NCBI GenBank assembly: GCA_963663805.2
Contig: CAXXMR010000009.1
Coordinates: 506,135-570,134, forward strand
Origin: Sedimentisphaerales bacterium
Lineage (GTDB): Bacteria > Planctomycetota > Phycisphaerae > Sedimentisphaerales > SM23-30
Reading direction: 5' to 3'
Length of the DNA: 64,000 bases
Shown: positions 11,745 to 28,238 of the stretch, piece by piece
How the letters are laid out: each line of letters opens with the position of its first letter
Position numbering within the stretch: the first letter of the stretch is position 1
Notes under the pieces: model-generated
Seen by the model: the letters and a program-made list of their open reading frames with translations, nothing else
What the model was told of the DNA's origin: nothing
Database searches by the model: none
Position numbers and translations under genes: made by a program

Positions 11745-11960
11745 TTTAGTCGCAATCGCTAGTTACATAAAACACTATTCGGGTGGCACCTTCTTGCGCA
11801 GCAAGGGGATGGTCTTCGCCGTTGCAAGCTTTCCCCAACCTTTGGGAAAATTAATATTTTTGTTGCCGTTAAAAATCTGCGTAATCCGCGGTTAAATATT
11901 TTCGTTGTTGTTATTTAAAATTTCCAGTTTATCTGGCTTAGAATTTAGAATCAGAAATAA

Positions 11961-14009
<2,049 letters not shown>

Positions 14010-14130
14010 TCACTCGCCGACAGCAGCTTCTCTGCAAGCCGGCAGCGTAACACAAAAAGTACTGCCTTTGCCCACTTCGGCTTTAACTTTAATACTCCCC
14101 TTATGCCGATCCAATATCCGGGGAAAGGAA

Positions 14131-14273
14131 AGGTGTCCGGTACATTTTTTGCTTGACATTTCCGGCAGTCCTGTTATCTTCTTGTTATGGGCAGACGTAA
14201 GCGTATAACTTTAGGCGGTTATGTTTATCACGTCATCAATATGATTATCAATGGTCCAGCTTTGTTGCCCGCC
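14131..14273 (+). mobile_element. Internally deleted remnant of the RAYT-type Y1 transposase element
   Basis: 14131-14240 matches 51993-52103 (1 substitution, 1 indel); 14241-14273 is identical to 52459-52491. Confidence 0.9.
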
Positions 14274-14941
14274 GCGAAAATAATCATCGGTATTCTTGTT
14301 CTTATTGACAAAATAAAAACCCACACCCATCATCGCTGCCAGATAAACGATCAGAACGGTATAATTGACAATGCCGAAACTGCCGCTGCTATTGGTGAGT
14401 CGGCCCTGCCATATATCCTGATTGCTGTATAACAGAATAATACCGTCATCGGTTTTCAGTGCGGATGAGACTTGGCCGAACCGGGGCTGTGTCCCAATTT
14501 TCCGCCAGGTATTGGTTATGGTGTGATACGCGTAAATGGTCTTATTCGAGGCGGAAAAATCTTCCTGTCCATTCTCACTGTCCATAACAAAAATATGACT
14601 TTGGCCGATATCTATCGCCGCAGAAGCCGCCCGCGGTTCGGGTATGTCCGCCTTGACGGTCCAGCTATCATTTAATAGAGAATATTCATAGACATCTGTC
14701 AGATATTCTACTTTGCCGGTTCGGGCATTTTTATTTTTACCGCCGATCAGATATAGGCAATTTTCCCGGCCATTATGCTGAGCGCAAAGCAGGGGGGCAA
14801 CCCTTGCCGGCCCGGGGCAAATGGCCAATTCCTGCCATTGCTGATTTTGCCGGTCGAGGTCCAGCATTCACGAGTGATTCTGTGCGGTATCGATACTTAA
14901 TCCGGTTTGACCTCCGGCTGCATATATTTTATTGTCAAAAT
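14262..14941 (-). pseudogene. Fragment of Kelch-repeat (NanM-like)/sodium:solute symporter fusion gene
   Basis: Kelch motifs (IYAAGG, LYLIGG, YHTITNTW) followed by SSS start (YLAAMMGVGFYF...DDYFRGG); in-frame TGA at 14868-14870; cut at both ends. Confidence 0.75.
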
Positions 14942-15077
14942 TGGTGATTAGCATTGAAAATGGAGCCAGATTTGCGGGTTTTCTCTTCTGAAAAAGCATC
15001 GAAAAAGGAGCCACTGTAAAAGGCCGATAAGATGTGTTTAAGATACGTAACATTTTAGACACAGGAGGCTTAGAAAG

Positions 15078-16565
15078 GTGCTTACAGTGGAGCATTATGA
15101 GATTATCAGACGTAAAGTTCGTGATGGGATATCGCAACGTGAGGTTGCCCTGGAGCTGGGGCATTCGCGTAACACGGTGGCCAAGGCCCTGAAAAATCCG
15201 ATTCCGCCGGGCTATCGGCTCAGTCAGCCGCGGGTCAAGGCTGTCATGGATCCCTTCGCGCACATTATTGACACCTGGCTGGAATCTGACAAAAAGGTTC
15301 GGCGTAAGCAGCGGATGCAGGCGACCAAAATGTATCAGCGGCTTTGTGACGAGTATGGTTTCACCGGTCATTACAGCACTGTCCAGCGGTATATCAAGGA
15401 AGCGAGTAATCGCCAAAAAGAAGCTTACCTGCCGTTAGCGTTTGAGTTTGGCGAAGAAGCCCAGGTTGACTGGCATGAAGCTAACATTAAAGAAAACGGC
15501 AGGGAGAAGAAGGTCTACGTTTTTTGCATGAAGCTGTGCTGTTCTAAGGCTCCTTTTGTTTGTGCTTACGAGAGCATGAAGATCGAATGTTTTCTTGACG
15601 GCCATGTCCGGGCGTTTGAATATTTCGGCGGCGTGCCCAAACGCATTGCTTACGACAATTTAAAAACTGCGGTTCTAAAGGTTCTCAAAAAAGGCAAGCG
15701 TCGGCTCAACCGCAAATTCGTAGAGCTTAAGAGTTGGTATTTGTTTGACACTCGTTTTTGCAATGTCGCTAAAGGTAATGAAAAAGGCGATGTCGAGAAT
15801 CTCGCCAAGCGAAGTGAAAGGCAGTTCTTCTCTCCGGTTCCGAGAGTTACCGATATGGCTCAGCTGAATGAGATGCTGATTGCTCAGTGTATCAAAGAAC
15901 TGGATCGCCAGGGCCCTGCACCTCATACGAATAAAACCATTGGCGATTTATTTGCGGAAGAGAAAACACATTTATACGAACTGCCTGAGCAGAAGTTTGA
16001 AGCCTGTCGTCGAATATCCACCTTTGCGGACAAACAGCTTACAGTACGGGTTGATACTAACCGGTATTCGGTGCCGACGGAGTATGCCTATCAATCTTGC
16101 CAGGTCAAGGTATTCGTTGACCGGGTTGACCTGTTCTATAAAAATGAGCTGGTTGCCTCGCATTCCAGATGTTACGATAAAGACCAGTATATCCTGGATC
16201 CGCTGCATTATATCAAACTTTTAGAGCGTAAGCCCGGTTCGCTGGATAATGCTCGGCCATTCAAGGGCCAGCCCTGGGGCGAAGATTTCACCTTGATGCG
16301 AACAGAGCTTGAATATCGATACGGCAGTGAAGGGACCGGTAAATACATCAACATCCTGCTGCTCTTTATCAGGCATCCGCAAAAAGAAGTTGAACATGCC
16401 GTTGGTGTTTGTGTCAAGTGCCGGGCGTTCAGCGATGAAGCGGTGGAAAGCTTTTTACGTAACGGCTCACAATTGAACCTTGCCGGCAATCAAGTCCTGG
16501 TAAACCAAGGCGATGGCAAACGCAATCTCGATGTTTATAACCAGTTGGCCGGGGAGGTAGCATGA
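15078..16565 (+). CDS. istA: IS21 transposase
   Basis: HTH, GEEAQVDW, YDNLKTAV, KGNEKGDVE. Confidence 0.93.
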   Translation: MLTVEHYEIIRRKVRDGISQREVALELGHSRNTVAKALKNPIPPGYRLSQPRVKAVMDPFAHIIDTWLESDKKVRRKQRMQATKMYQRLCDEYGFTGHYSTVQRYIKEASNRQKEAYLPLAFEFGEEAQVDWHEANIKENGREKKVYVFCMKLCCSKAPFVCAYESMKIECFLDGHVRAFEYFGGVPKRIAYDNLKTAVLKVLKKGKRRLNRKFVELKSWYLFDTRFCNVAKGNEKGDVENLAKRSERQFFSPVPRVTDMAQLNEMLIAQCIKELDRQGPAPHTNKTIGDLFAEEKTHLYELPEQKFEACRRISTFADKQLTVRVDTNRYSVPTEYAYQSCQVKVFVDRVDLFYKNELVASHSRCYDKDQYILDPLHYIKLLERKPGSLDNARPFKGQPWGEDFTLMRTELEYRYGSEGTGKYINILLLFIRHPQKEVEHAVGVCVKCRAFSDEAVESFLRNGSQLNLAGNQVLVNQGDGKRNLDVYNQLAGEVA

Positions 16566-17328
16566 AAGATCAAATGGTTTTATTAAAAAGCTATCTCAAG
16601 ACCCTGAAGCTTCCGACAATTCAAAAAGAGTATCAGACAATTGCCCGGGCATCCGCCCAGGCAAACGAATCCTATGAAAGTTACCTGCAAAGACTGGCCG
16701 AAATCGAAGTCTTTCATCGACAGTCGCAGGCCATCGCCAGGAGATTGAAACAGGCAAACTTCCCCATGACTAAGGAACTTGAAAGTTTTGATTTTATGGC
16801 CGTGCCGCAGATAAATAAAAAACAGATTATCGACCTTTCGATGTGCGGCTTTATCGACCGCCGCAGTAATATCGTCTTTACCGGCCCGCCGGGCGTGGGT
16901 AAAAAGTCATCTGGCCATCGCCCTCGGCCGGGAAGCCTGCCGACGAGGTTATAAAGTGCGGTTTTTTACCGCTGCTGAACTGGTTAATACGTATCTCGAA
17001 GCCCGACAGGAAAGAGCGGTGTTGAAATTAGAGAGCTATATAAAAAAAATGCGACCTGATCATCATCGATGAACTGGGCTATGTCCCGTTCGACCGTATC
17101 GGAGCGGAACATCTGTTCGGCTTTTTCAGCCAGTGCTATGAACAAACCAGCCTGATCGTAACAACGAATCTGCCATTCGCCGATTGGCCCCAGGTCTTTG
17201 GCGATGATGAAAGATTAGCCGGTGCTCTGCTGGACCGACTGACCCACCATGTGAGCGTGGTCGAAATCATAACCGACAGCTGGCGACTTAACCAGAGTTT
17301 AGAGAAAAAACGGAAAAAAGAAGGCTAA
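16562..17328 (+). CDS. istB: IS21 helper ATPase (two extra A bases in A-runs)
   Basis: GPPGVGK Walker A, IIDELGY and ALLDRLTHH found in successive frames. Confidence 0.85.
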
Positions 17329-17455
17329 GAAAGCCTCAATCCAACGAAAAAGGACCAGAATCCCTATTGACAACGCCGAAATCGGCGTTATTTTACTAAC
17401 CTAAGTGGCTCAGATTTCGATGCAAATCTGGCTCCATTTTCAATACTAATCACCA

Positions 17456-17918
17456 CCAAAGATTCCTTCTTGCATTTCAGGCCGTAACTGTTCAGCACAT
17501 TGTGAATCTTGTTAATCAAAGCGGTTCGCTGTTTGACCAATTTATCACGCGTTACGGCCAATGAATGTAATTGTGCGTTTTCTTTAGTCTTCATTCTTGA
17601 TTCCGGCAGCATATCCTTACTCAAAAAATAGGCTAAGGTTTTGGCGTCATTTTTGTCGGTTTTCTTCACCGATTTGCGAACAACCTCAAACTGGTACGGG
17701 TTTACAACGACAACCTTCTTAACCCGATCCGCAACCTGCTCGCTAAACCACAAAGTATTGCCGGTTGCCTCAACAGCCAGCAAATCATCTTTACGTAAGG
17801 TTTTCAGAAAACGATCGATACGAACAATTGAGTATTCATTGATGGCTTCCTTGCCTTGTTTAGTTCTCCTGCAAACTGTAAAACTGTTGGTGTGTAAATC
17901 AACGCCTAAATAACTCAT
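17456..17918 (-). pseudogene. IS110 recombinase N-terminal (RuvC-like DEDD) half
   Basis: YLGVDLH, VEATGN, KTDKNDA; interrupted by the IS21 right IR. Confidence 0.9.
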
Positions 17919-17945
17919 ACGTGTCTCCGAAAAAAAAGGTTTCCC

Positions 17946-18095
17946 GGAGCAGACCTAACAATGTCGGTGTCCACCAAACTCCTATTCAAGGTCGTAATGC
18001 CTTATGATGGCGATTTGGTTATGGGTCTGATTAATCTCCTTTACGAGGTCACAATGCCTCAAGCTTACTATGCAGCCTATAACCTATTCTGCTCC
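17946..18095 (-). ncRNA. Putative bridge RNA upstream of the IS110 recombinase
   Basis: Closing stem GGAGCAGA/UCUGCUCC; two internal loops, each [9-nt guide]-U-hairpin-G(U/A)-[7-nt guide ending AG]; TATAAT just upstream. Confidence 0.8.
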
Positions 18096-18336
18096 AGCTA
18101 ATCCCGACGATTATAACCGAAGCTAAACACCAACGCATACTGTTGAGCTGATTGTTCGGATAGCCTTGAATTCAGCTTGTCATTCTCGGCAAAACAGTTT
18201 GGGCTGGCGGGCAAATTGGGGCAGCCGGGGGGCAATTTCCCGCCAGGGGGCCCCGGGCTGTTTTGCCGAGTTAAATTCGCTGAATTTCGACACCAGCTAA
18301 CGCTTAAAATCCGTATCAGCTTTTATCGTACCATCT

Positions 18337-18799
18337 CCTTTGCTCTGCGAGCGTTACCTCGCTTCATCGCTCATACGAACCCATCCGCCACCCTCTCGCC
18401 TTCGGCTGATTTCCTTATGAAAGTTATACAGCTTACCTTGCTCCATTGATTTCTCGATGGGACGAGGAGAGTTTCGCCAGTTGCTTAGCGTGTCCTTGTC
18501 GCCGTGCCGTCGCTGCTACCTCGCCGGAGGAATTTGACGCTTCAATCAGTATGCGGCAAATCCTGCTGTCTTCGACACCAAGCAACGGTCTCGACCTCCG
18601 GGATTATCCGTTTCGAGGCTACACCTACGTCCACACATGTTACGGCCCGGTGACTCGCTTACCATCCCTTACGATGGCTTTGTCAATGGGCTTCAGGTCA
18701 TTTGATTTCTCTCCTTCCTGCCATTCAAGCTAAAGAACTCTGATTTTTATTCTTGAGGGACTAACTCCCTCTGAACACGCCAGCCTTAGCTGGTCGCAC
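18337..18799 (-). mobile_element. 5' half of a group II intron (up to the IEP RBS); RT ORF and domains V/VI absent
   Basis: Starts GTGCGACCAG at 18799; structured non-coding sequence resembling bacterial group II intron domain I; ends at AAAGGAG. Confidence 0.75.
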
Positions 18800-18827
18800 T
18801 ACTTGGCCGGAAGGTTACCAAGAAAAC

Positions 18828-24014
<5,187 letters not shown>

Positions 24015-24034
24015 TCACTTCTTTTCAAAACATC

Positions 24035-26050
24035 CTAAATAATGCGGTGGCCGTCCACATTACCGTAATCGATAGTGTATTCGCGACCATCTTTCAGCTT
24101 TATTTTAACGCCGCAGGCGTTTCCTGACGGCGCCCAGGGCAGGACTTCCCAACTTTCAATGGGCATCAATTCGTCATTGGTCCACTGTTCATTATCCAAA
24201 CGATGAAGCATAACAGTGATGAATACTTCCATTCCGGAATAATCTTTTTCGCGAATGCGCTCGGCGTAGATTACCGTGCTTTCATTTGTTTCGGGGTTCA
24301 GGCCTACATGATGGGCAGAATCAAGTTTTTCCCAGCCGCACACAGCAAGCAGCATGGCCTGGCGGTCTTCGATAGCGGCGGATATGGCCTGATACCCGTC
24401 AATTTCGAAAGATTTAACTTTGGCTTTTTTGCCATTTACGTGCGGCAAGGCAAAATGGCCTAATTGTAATTCATTGCGATAAGGTACGCGAAGACGGTCG
24501 ATACGTATCACACCATAAGGCAGAGAAACATCAACGAGGTCTAGTCGTTCCGGACCGCGATTAACTCCACCCTTATTGGGGTCACCCAGACCTACAGGTT
24601 GGGTATTCTGCACCCGATAAAGTAAACCATCCTGAAATTTATTGAATGCAATATTCAAAGGAATGCGAAAATCACCACCAATATCATATTCGCGGATAGA
24701 ATAACTGGCTGCGTTGGTTCCTTCCGGCGACTCTGATTCCGGGCAAAAATGCGTGTTAAATTGCAGTTGATTATAATATGTATCGTGGATAAATACTTTT
24801 CCGGATCGCAATTCGGTTGTTCCGGTCTTGCCGTAATTTGCCACCTGCATTCCAGGGCCGGGAAGTTCGATCAATTCTGTTTTGTCATCAATATCGGTCC
24901 AGAATCCCTCGTTTTCCTGTGCCGTCCAAAATGGACTACTTGAAGGCAAAGTAAGAGCCACAAATACCTTCGCCATCCAGAAAGGACTGGCCCCGCAACT
25001 GTAAAACTGTACCAGCGGCTCAAACGGGCCGTAATAACCAAGACAAGGCACACCATTGACGAACAGTTCGTCACAAGTAACAAATTGAAGTATATTGCTG
25101 GAGGCGATACGACGGGCAAAACCAGGGTCCAGTATCGGATTATTCATCAGGAAATGGGCACCGAAAGCTGTCGATGCCGCAAAACGATAAATAATACTGC
25201 GGCCCCACATAAGCTGCCGGCCATCCCTGGCGAAGAATCGCGGCCAGTTTTCGACAAAATCACGATTTCTTTTTTCGATAATCGCGGCAATTTCCGGTTC
25301 ATGCTCATAAGCATACCATCTACACCAGAGCGGCGTATAAAAATGGAATCCCCATGCGTTATAGTAATCGTAGTTGGTGTCGTCGATATACCAGCCGTCA
25401 CCCACATAACTGCTCATCAAATGCTGGATATGGTCTTTCATAACGGTTTCATCTATCGCATAACCGTTTATTTTCAGAAAAGTCAGCATGAGCACATTGA
25501 AGAATCGCCAATTATGGCCAATAGTAAGATTATGGGCATAATCGGAAAGCAAGTCGGCAACCTGCTGCTGCTGACGTGGAGTGAATTTGTCCCATATTTG
25601 CTCACAACTGTTCATCAGGTTGATTACCAAAGCGGCCCCCTCGACAGTTTGCTGATACTGCATTCGACCGTTCACTTTAGTAAAATCAGTAATCCTCCCC
25701 CAATAAAGTGGTGAATTCGGGTCCGTGCCCATTAGAATCTGATTTGCATAATAATCACGCAAATTCAGACCGTTACTTTGGGCATCAGGGTTTTCCATAA
25801 ATACCGGCAAGGCCGCCATCATGGTGCGCATCAACCCTTCAAACTCAGCCACACGAAAACGATGTTCAGGGTCGCCGGGCTGAGGGTAGCAGATTTTATT
25901 TGGTTTGGGTATCGAGATTGGTTTGTCTATGTCGTTTACATATTGAAATACACCGTCAACCAAAAATTGGGCGACTTCCAACCAATGCGATCTTGTCATT
26001 CCTGTCAGCGGACTAAGTTGCGAATCCGGGTTACGTACCACAAATGCCAT
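24035..26050 (-). CDS. DUF2264 family protein (family includes GH154 glucuronidases)
   Basis: EGLMRT, NWRFFN, YVGDGWY.D, DYYN.W.FH, GRSIIYRFA. Confidence 0.8.
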   Translation of the reverse strand: MAFVVRNPDSQLSPLTGMTRSHWLEVAQFLVDGVFQYVNDIDKPISIPKPNKICYPQPGDPEHRFRVAEFEGLMRTMMAALPVFMENPDAQSNGLNLRDYYANQILMGTDPNSPLYWGRITDFTKVNGRMQYQQTVEGAALVINLMNSCEQIWDKFTPRQQQQVADLLSDYAHNLTIGHNWRFFNVLMLTFLKINGYAIDETVMKDHIQHLMSSYVGDGWYIDDTNYDYYNAWGFHFYTPLWCRWYAYEHEPEIAAIIEKRNRDFVENWPRFFARDGRQLMWGRSIIYRFAASTAFGAHFLMNNPILDPGFARRIASSNILQFVTCDELFVNGVPCLGYYGPFEPLVQFYSCGASPFWMAKVFVALTLPSSSPFWTAQENEGFWTDIDDKTELIELPGPGMQVANYGKTGTTELRSGKVFIHDTYYNQLQFNTHFCPESESPEGTNAASYSIREYDIGGDFRIPLNIAFNKFQDGLLYRVQNTQPVGLGDPNKGGVNRGPERLDLVDVSLPYGVIRIDRLRVPYRNELQLGHFALPHVNGKKAKVKSFEIDGYQAISAAIEDRQAMLLAVCGWEKLDSAHHVGLNPETNESTVIYAERIREKDYSGMEVFITVMLHRLDNEQWTNDELMPIESWEVLPWAPSGNACGVKIKLKDGREYTIDYGNVDGHRII

Positions 26051-26053
26051 ATT

Positions 26054-28237
26054 TTATCCTATGTTTACTACCATATAGAAGAAACCAACTATTCCAAATG
26101 CCACAGCCAAAGCTACCAGGAATCCTACGGTATCTACTTTGTCCCATTTACAACATTCCCAGTTTGATTCAGGGAACATTTTGAGATGGTCAAATCGTTG
26201 AGGATTCTCATACGACAACTGCAATTGGCGTTCATCTTCTTGCCGGTCCGAATGAACCTGGGTTTTCATTTTTACAAAAAATCTGTCCAGAGCTTCCTTG
26301 TTGTCAGGTTTTGTCAAGCGGCTGACCAGAATGATGACAATAAACGGAAATATCATTCGTATCAGAATGCGAAAAGTTTCATTGAGTGCATAGGGATTGC
26401 GTGAAAGATCAAACCCCATCCTATCTAACAATAAAAGTTCTATATTCAACATCCCCTGGCCCTTTAGCTGCTGATTTTTATCATTCGCTATGCCCTGGGT
26501 CCAGAAGACAGATTTTTCCGGCTGGGCATATTTCAAGGTAAACTTCTGACCGGCTTCTAAAGTTTCCGGTCGAGGTGTCTGAGCCAATCCCTGAGCTTCA
26601 AGACTGTCCCATTCCGCTATCATTTGATTTCTTTTTTCAATATCCATATCACGTGCGGTGTATTCTCTTTCAACTACGTGAGGTTGTGTTGTATTCAAAA
26701 GATAAGGATGGATTTTCAGGCTAGGTGCCAACGTGGGTGCCATGATAGGAATCACAAAGAAAATGAAGAGAGTTGTTAATACCGCGGCCCAGGCGCCCTT
26801 CTTATTGGTAGTACGCCAGAGAATACCGAGTATGAATGGAGCGGCGAAAATAACACCGAATTCCCATACAATTTTCATCTGGCTGAGCAGGCTTTTGAAA
26901 CTCAACGCCAGAATCGCCCCACCAATGATTACCACTGCACCGAACAAACGCCCCATGACCACATAGTGTTTTTCGTCTTTTTTGGGGAATAGCGGCCGGT
27001 AGAGATTATGGGTCAGCAGGCTTGACGCCGTTATCATCAGACAGTCAGCGGTAGACATCAGGGCCGCCAGCAAGCAGGCCAGCATAAGTCCGACCAGTCC
27101 GATATGCCAGGAACCAAGTAAATCTCTGGAGGCGTAACCCCAAACCATATCCGGGTCATTAATTTTGTCGCTATATAAAAGCACTGCAAACAGTGCGACT
27201 ACACCCCATAAAACCGTGCAAATCCGTTTGAGATATAGCCCCACGGTAAATCCAAAACGGGATTCATATTCACCCTTGGCAGAACCGGTAGCGGTTAGCT
27301 GGTTGGCCTGCTGCATAACATTCAAGGTTATCATTGCCATTACGGTAGCGACGTAATACCAGGTGAAATCTATGTTGGTAGGTGAACCGAAAATCTCAAA
27401 AAACGATTCGGGAAGTTTGTCATGAAGTACCCGGAAAGGATTCATAAAACCACTTCCGCCGTAAATCTGATTTACTCGTATCAACGCAAATGGAATCAAG
27501 ATAACCGAGAGCAGAATAATTCCCATACCCTGTAAGGTATCCGTCAAAAAGGCAGCTTCAAGTCCGCCGGCTACCGCATATACAAGTACTACAAGACACA
27601 CAATCAAGATAAGTACATTTTTATTGATATGGCTGAAAACTTTTCGGGGCTCTTCAAGCCTTAACCTGTTTAATTTTTCTTTCTCGACGTCTGTCAGTGT
27701 TTCGTAATCGCTTTTTTCCAGCTTTTCCAGATCCAGGGCGAACTGGTATTCCTGCTGCTCCACGGCGGTCAACTGATCCTGAGTCTTGGGAGTAAGAACG
27801 AGCGTGGTTTTACCAATAGCGTTAAAGGCAAGGGATAACACCAACATGAAAAATATGGTTTGGACTATCGAGTAAACCCCGCTAAGTAATTTGGACTGAT
27901 AACGTTCTTCAAAATAATCTCCCAATGTCAGAACCCGCATTCGGCGATACCAGACACTGGACATCCAGTAAATCGGGGTCGCGAATAAAATGTTCAAGGT
28001 ACTCCAAATACCCGCAGCCCCGTTTTTGAACGTAGTTGTGGAAACGCCGATAGCACTGTCGGTACTGGTCGCCTGACCAAAAGCGGCAAAAGTCTGGATG
28101 AATTTGCCGAATTTGCGGCCGGCCAGAAAATAATCCTCTTGATTGCTAATTCGCCTCATCGCCCAGAAGCCAACGGCTATAACGATGAGAAAATACCCTG
28201 CGATCACCACGATGTCTGCGATATCAAGTCCAAACAT
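26054..28237 (-). CDS. Sodium:solute symporter family sugar transporter
   Basis: EDYFLAGRKFG, GGLEAAFLTD, LAALMST; many TM segments. Confidence 0.9.
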   Translation of the reverse strand: MFGLDIADIVVIAGYFLIVIAVGFWAMRRISNQEDYFLAGRKFGKFIQTFAAFGQATSTDSAIGVSTTTFKNGAAGIWSTLNILFATPIYWMSSVWYRRMRVLTLGDYFEERYQSKLLSGVYSIVQTIFFMLVLSLAFNAIGKTTLVLTPKTQDQLTAVEQQEYQFALDLEKLEKSDYETLTDVEKEKLNRLRLEEPRKVFSHINKNVLILIVCLVVLVYAVAGGLEAAFLTDTLQGMGIILLSVILIPFALIRVNQIYGGSGFMNPFRVLHDKLPESFFEIFGSPTNIDFTWYYVATVMAMITLNVMQQANQLTATGSAKGEYESRFGFTVGLYLKRICTVLWGVVALFAVLLYSDKINDPDMVWGYASRDLLGSWHIGLVGLMLACLLAALMSTADCLMITASSLLTHNLYRPLFPKKDEKHYVVMGRLFGAVVIIGGAILALSFKSLLSQMKIVWEFGVIFAAPFILGILWRTTNKKGAWAAVLTTLFIFFVIPIMAPTLAPSLKIHPYLLNTTQPHVVEREYTARDMDIEKRNQMIAEWDSLEAQGLAQTPRPETLEAGQKFTLKYAQPEKSVFWTQGIANDKNQQLKGQGMLNIELLLLDRMGFDLSRNPYALNETFRILIRMIFPFIVIILVSRLTKPDNKEALDRFFVKMKTQVHSDRQEDERQLQLSYENPQRFDHLKMFPESNWECCKWDKVDTVGFLVALAVAFGIVGFFYMVVNIG

Positions 28238-28238
28238 A

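Larger units (their letters stand above)
14942..17455 (+). mobile_element. IS21-family element 1
   Basis: 34-bp terminal IRs (TGGTGATTAG[C/T]ATTGAAAATGGAGCCAGATTTGC, 1 mismatch); istA-istB; no target duplication visible. Confidence 0.92.
17456..18336 (-). mobile_element. IS110/IS1111-family element, 3'-truncated by IS21
   Basis: DEDD recombinase N-half plus upstream bridge RNA; left junction inferred from guide matches at 18331-18341. Confidence 0.8.

Noticed and set aside
14868..15416. 182-aa minus-strand ORF
   Set aside because: Chimera of antisense istA, the IS21 IR and a short piece of the Kelch pseudogene
18121..18321. Integron attC site or cassette array
   Set aside because: GTTRRRY/RYYYAAC-like words are not symmetrically placed on the hairpin, there are no repeated sites, and the recombinase at 41351 lacks the integron-integrase insertion
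18177..18733. ORFs 18177-18449 and 18446-18733
   Set aside because: Antisense shadows of the IS left end and the intron RNA
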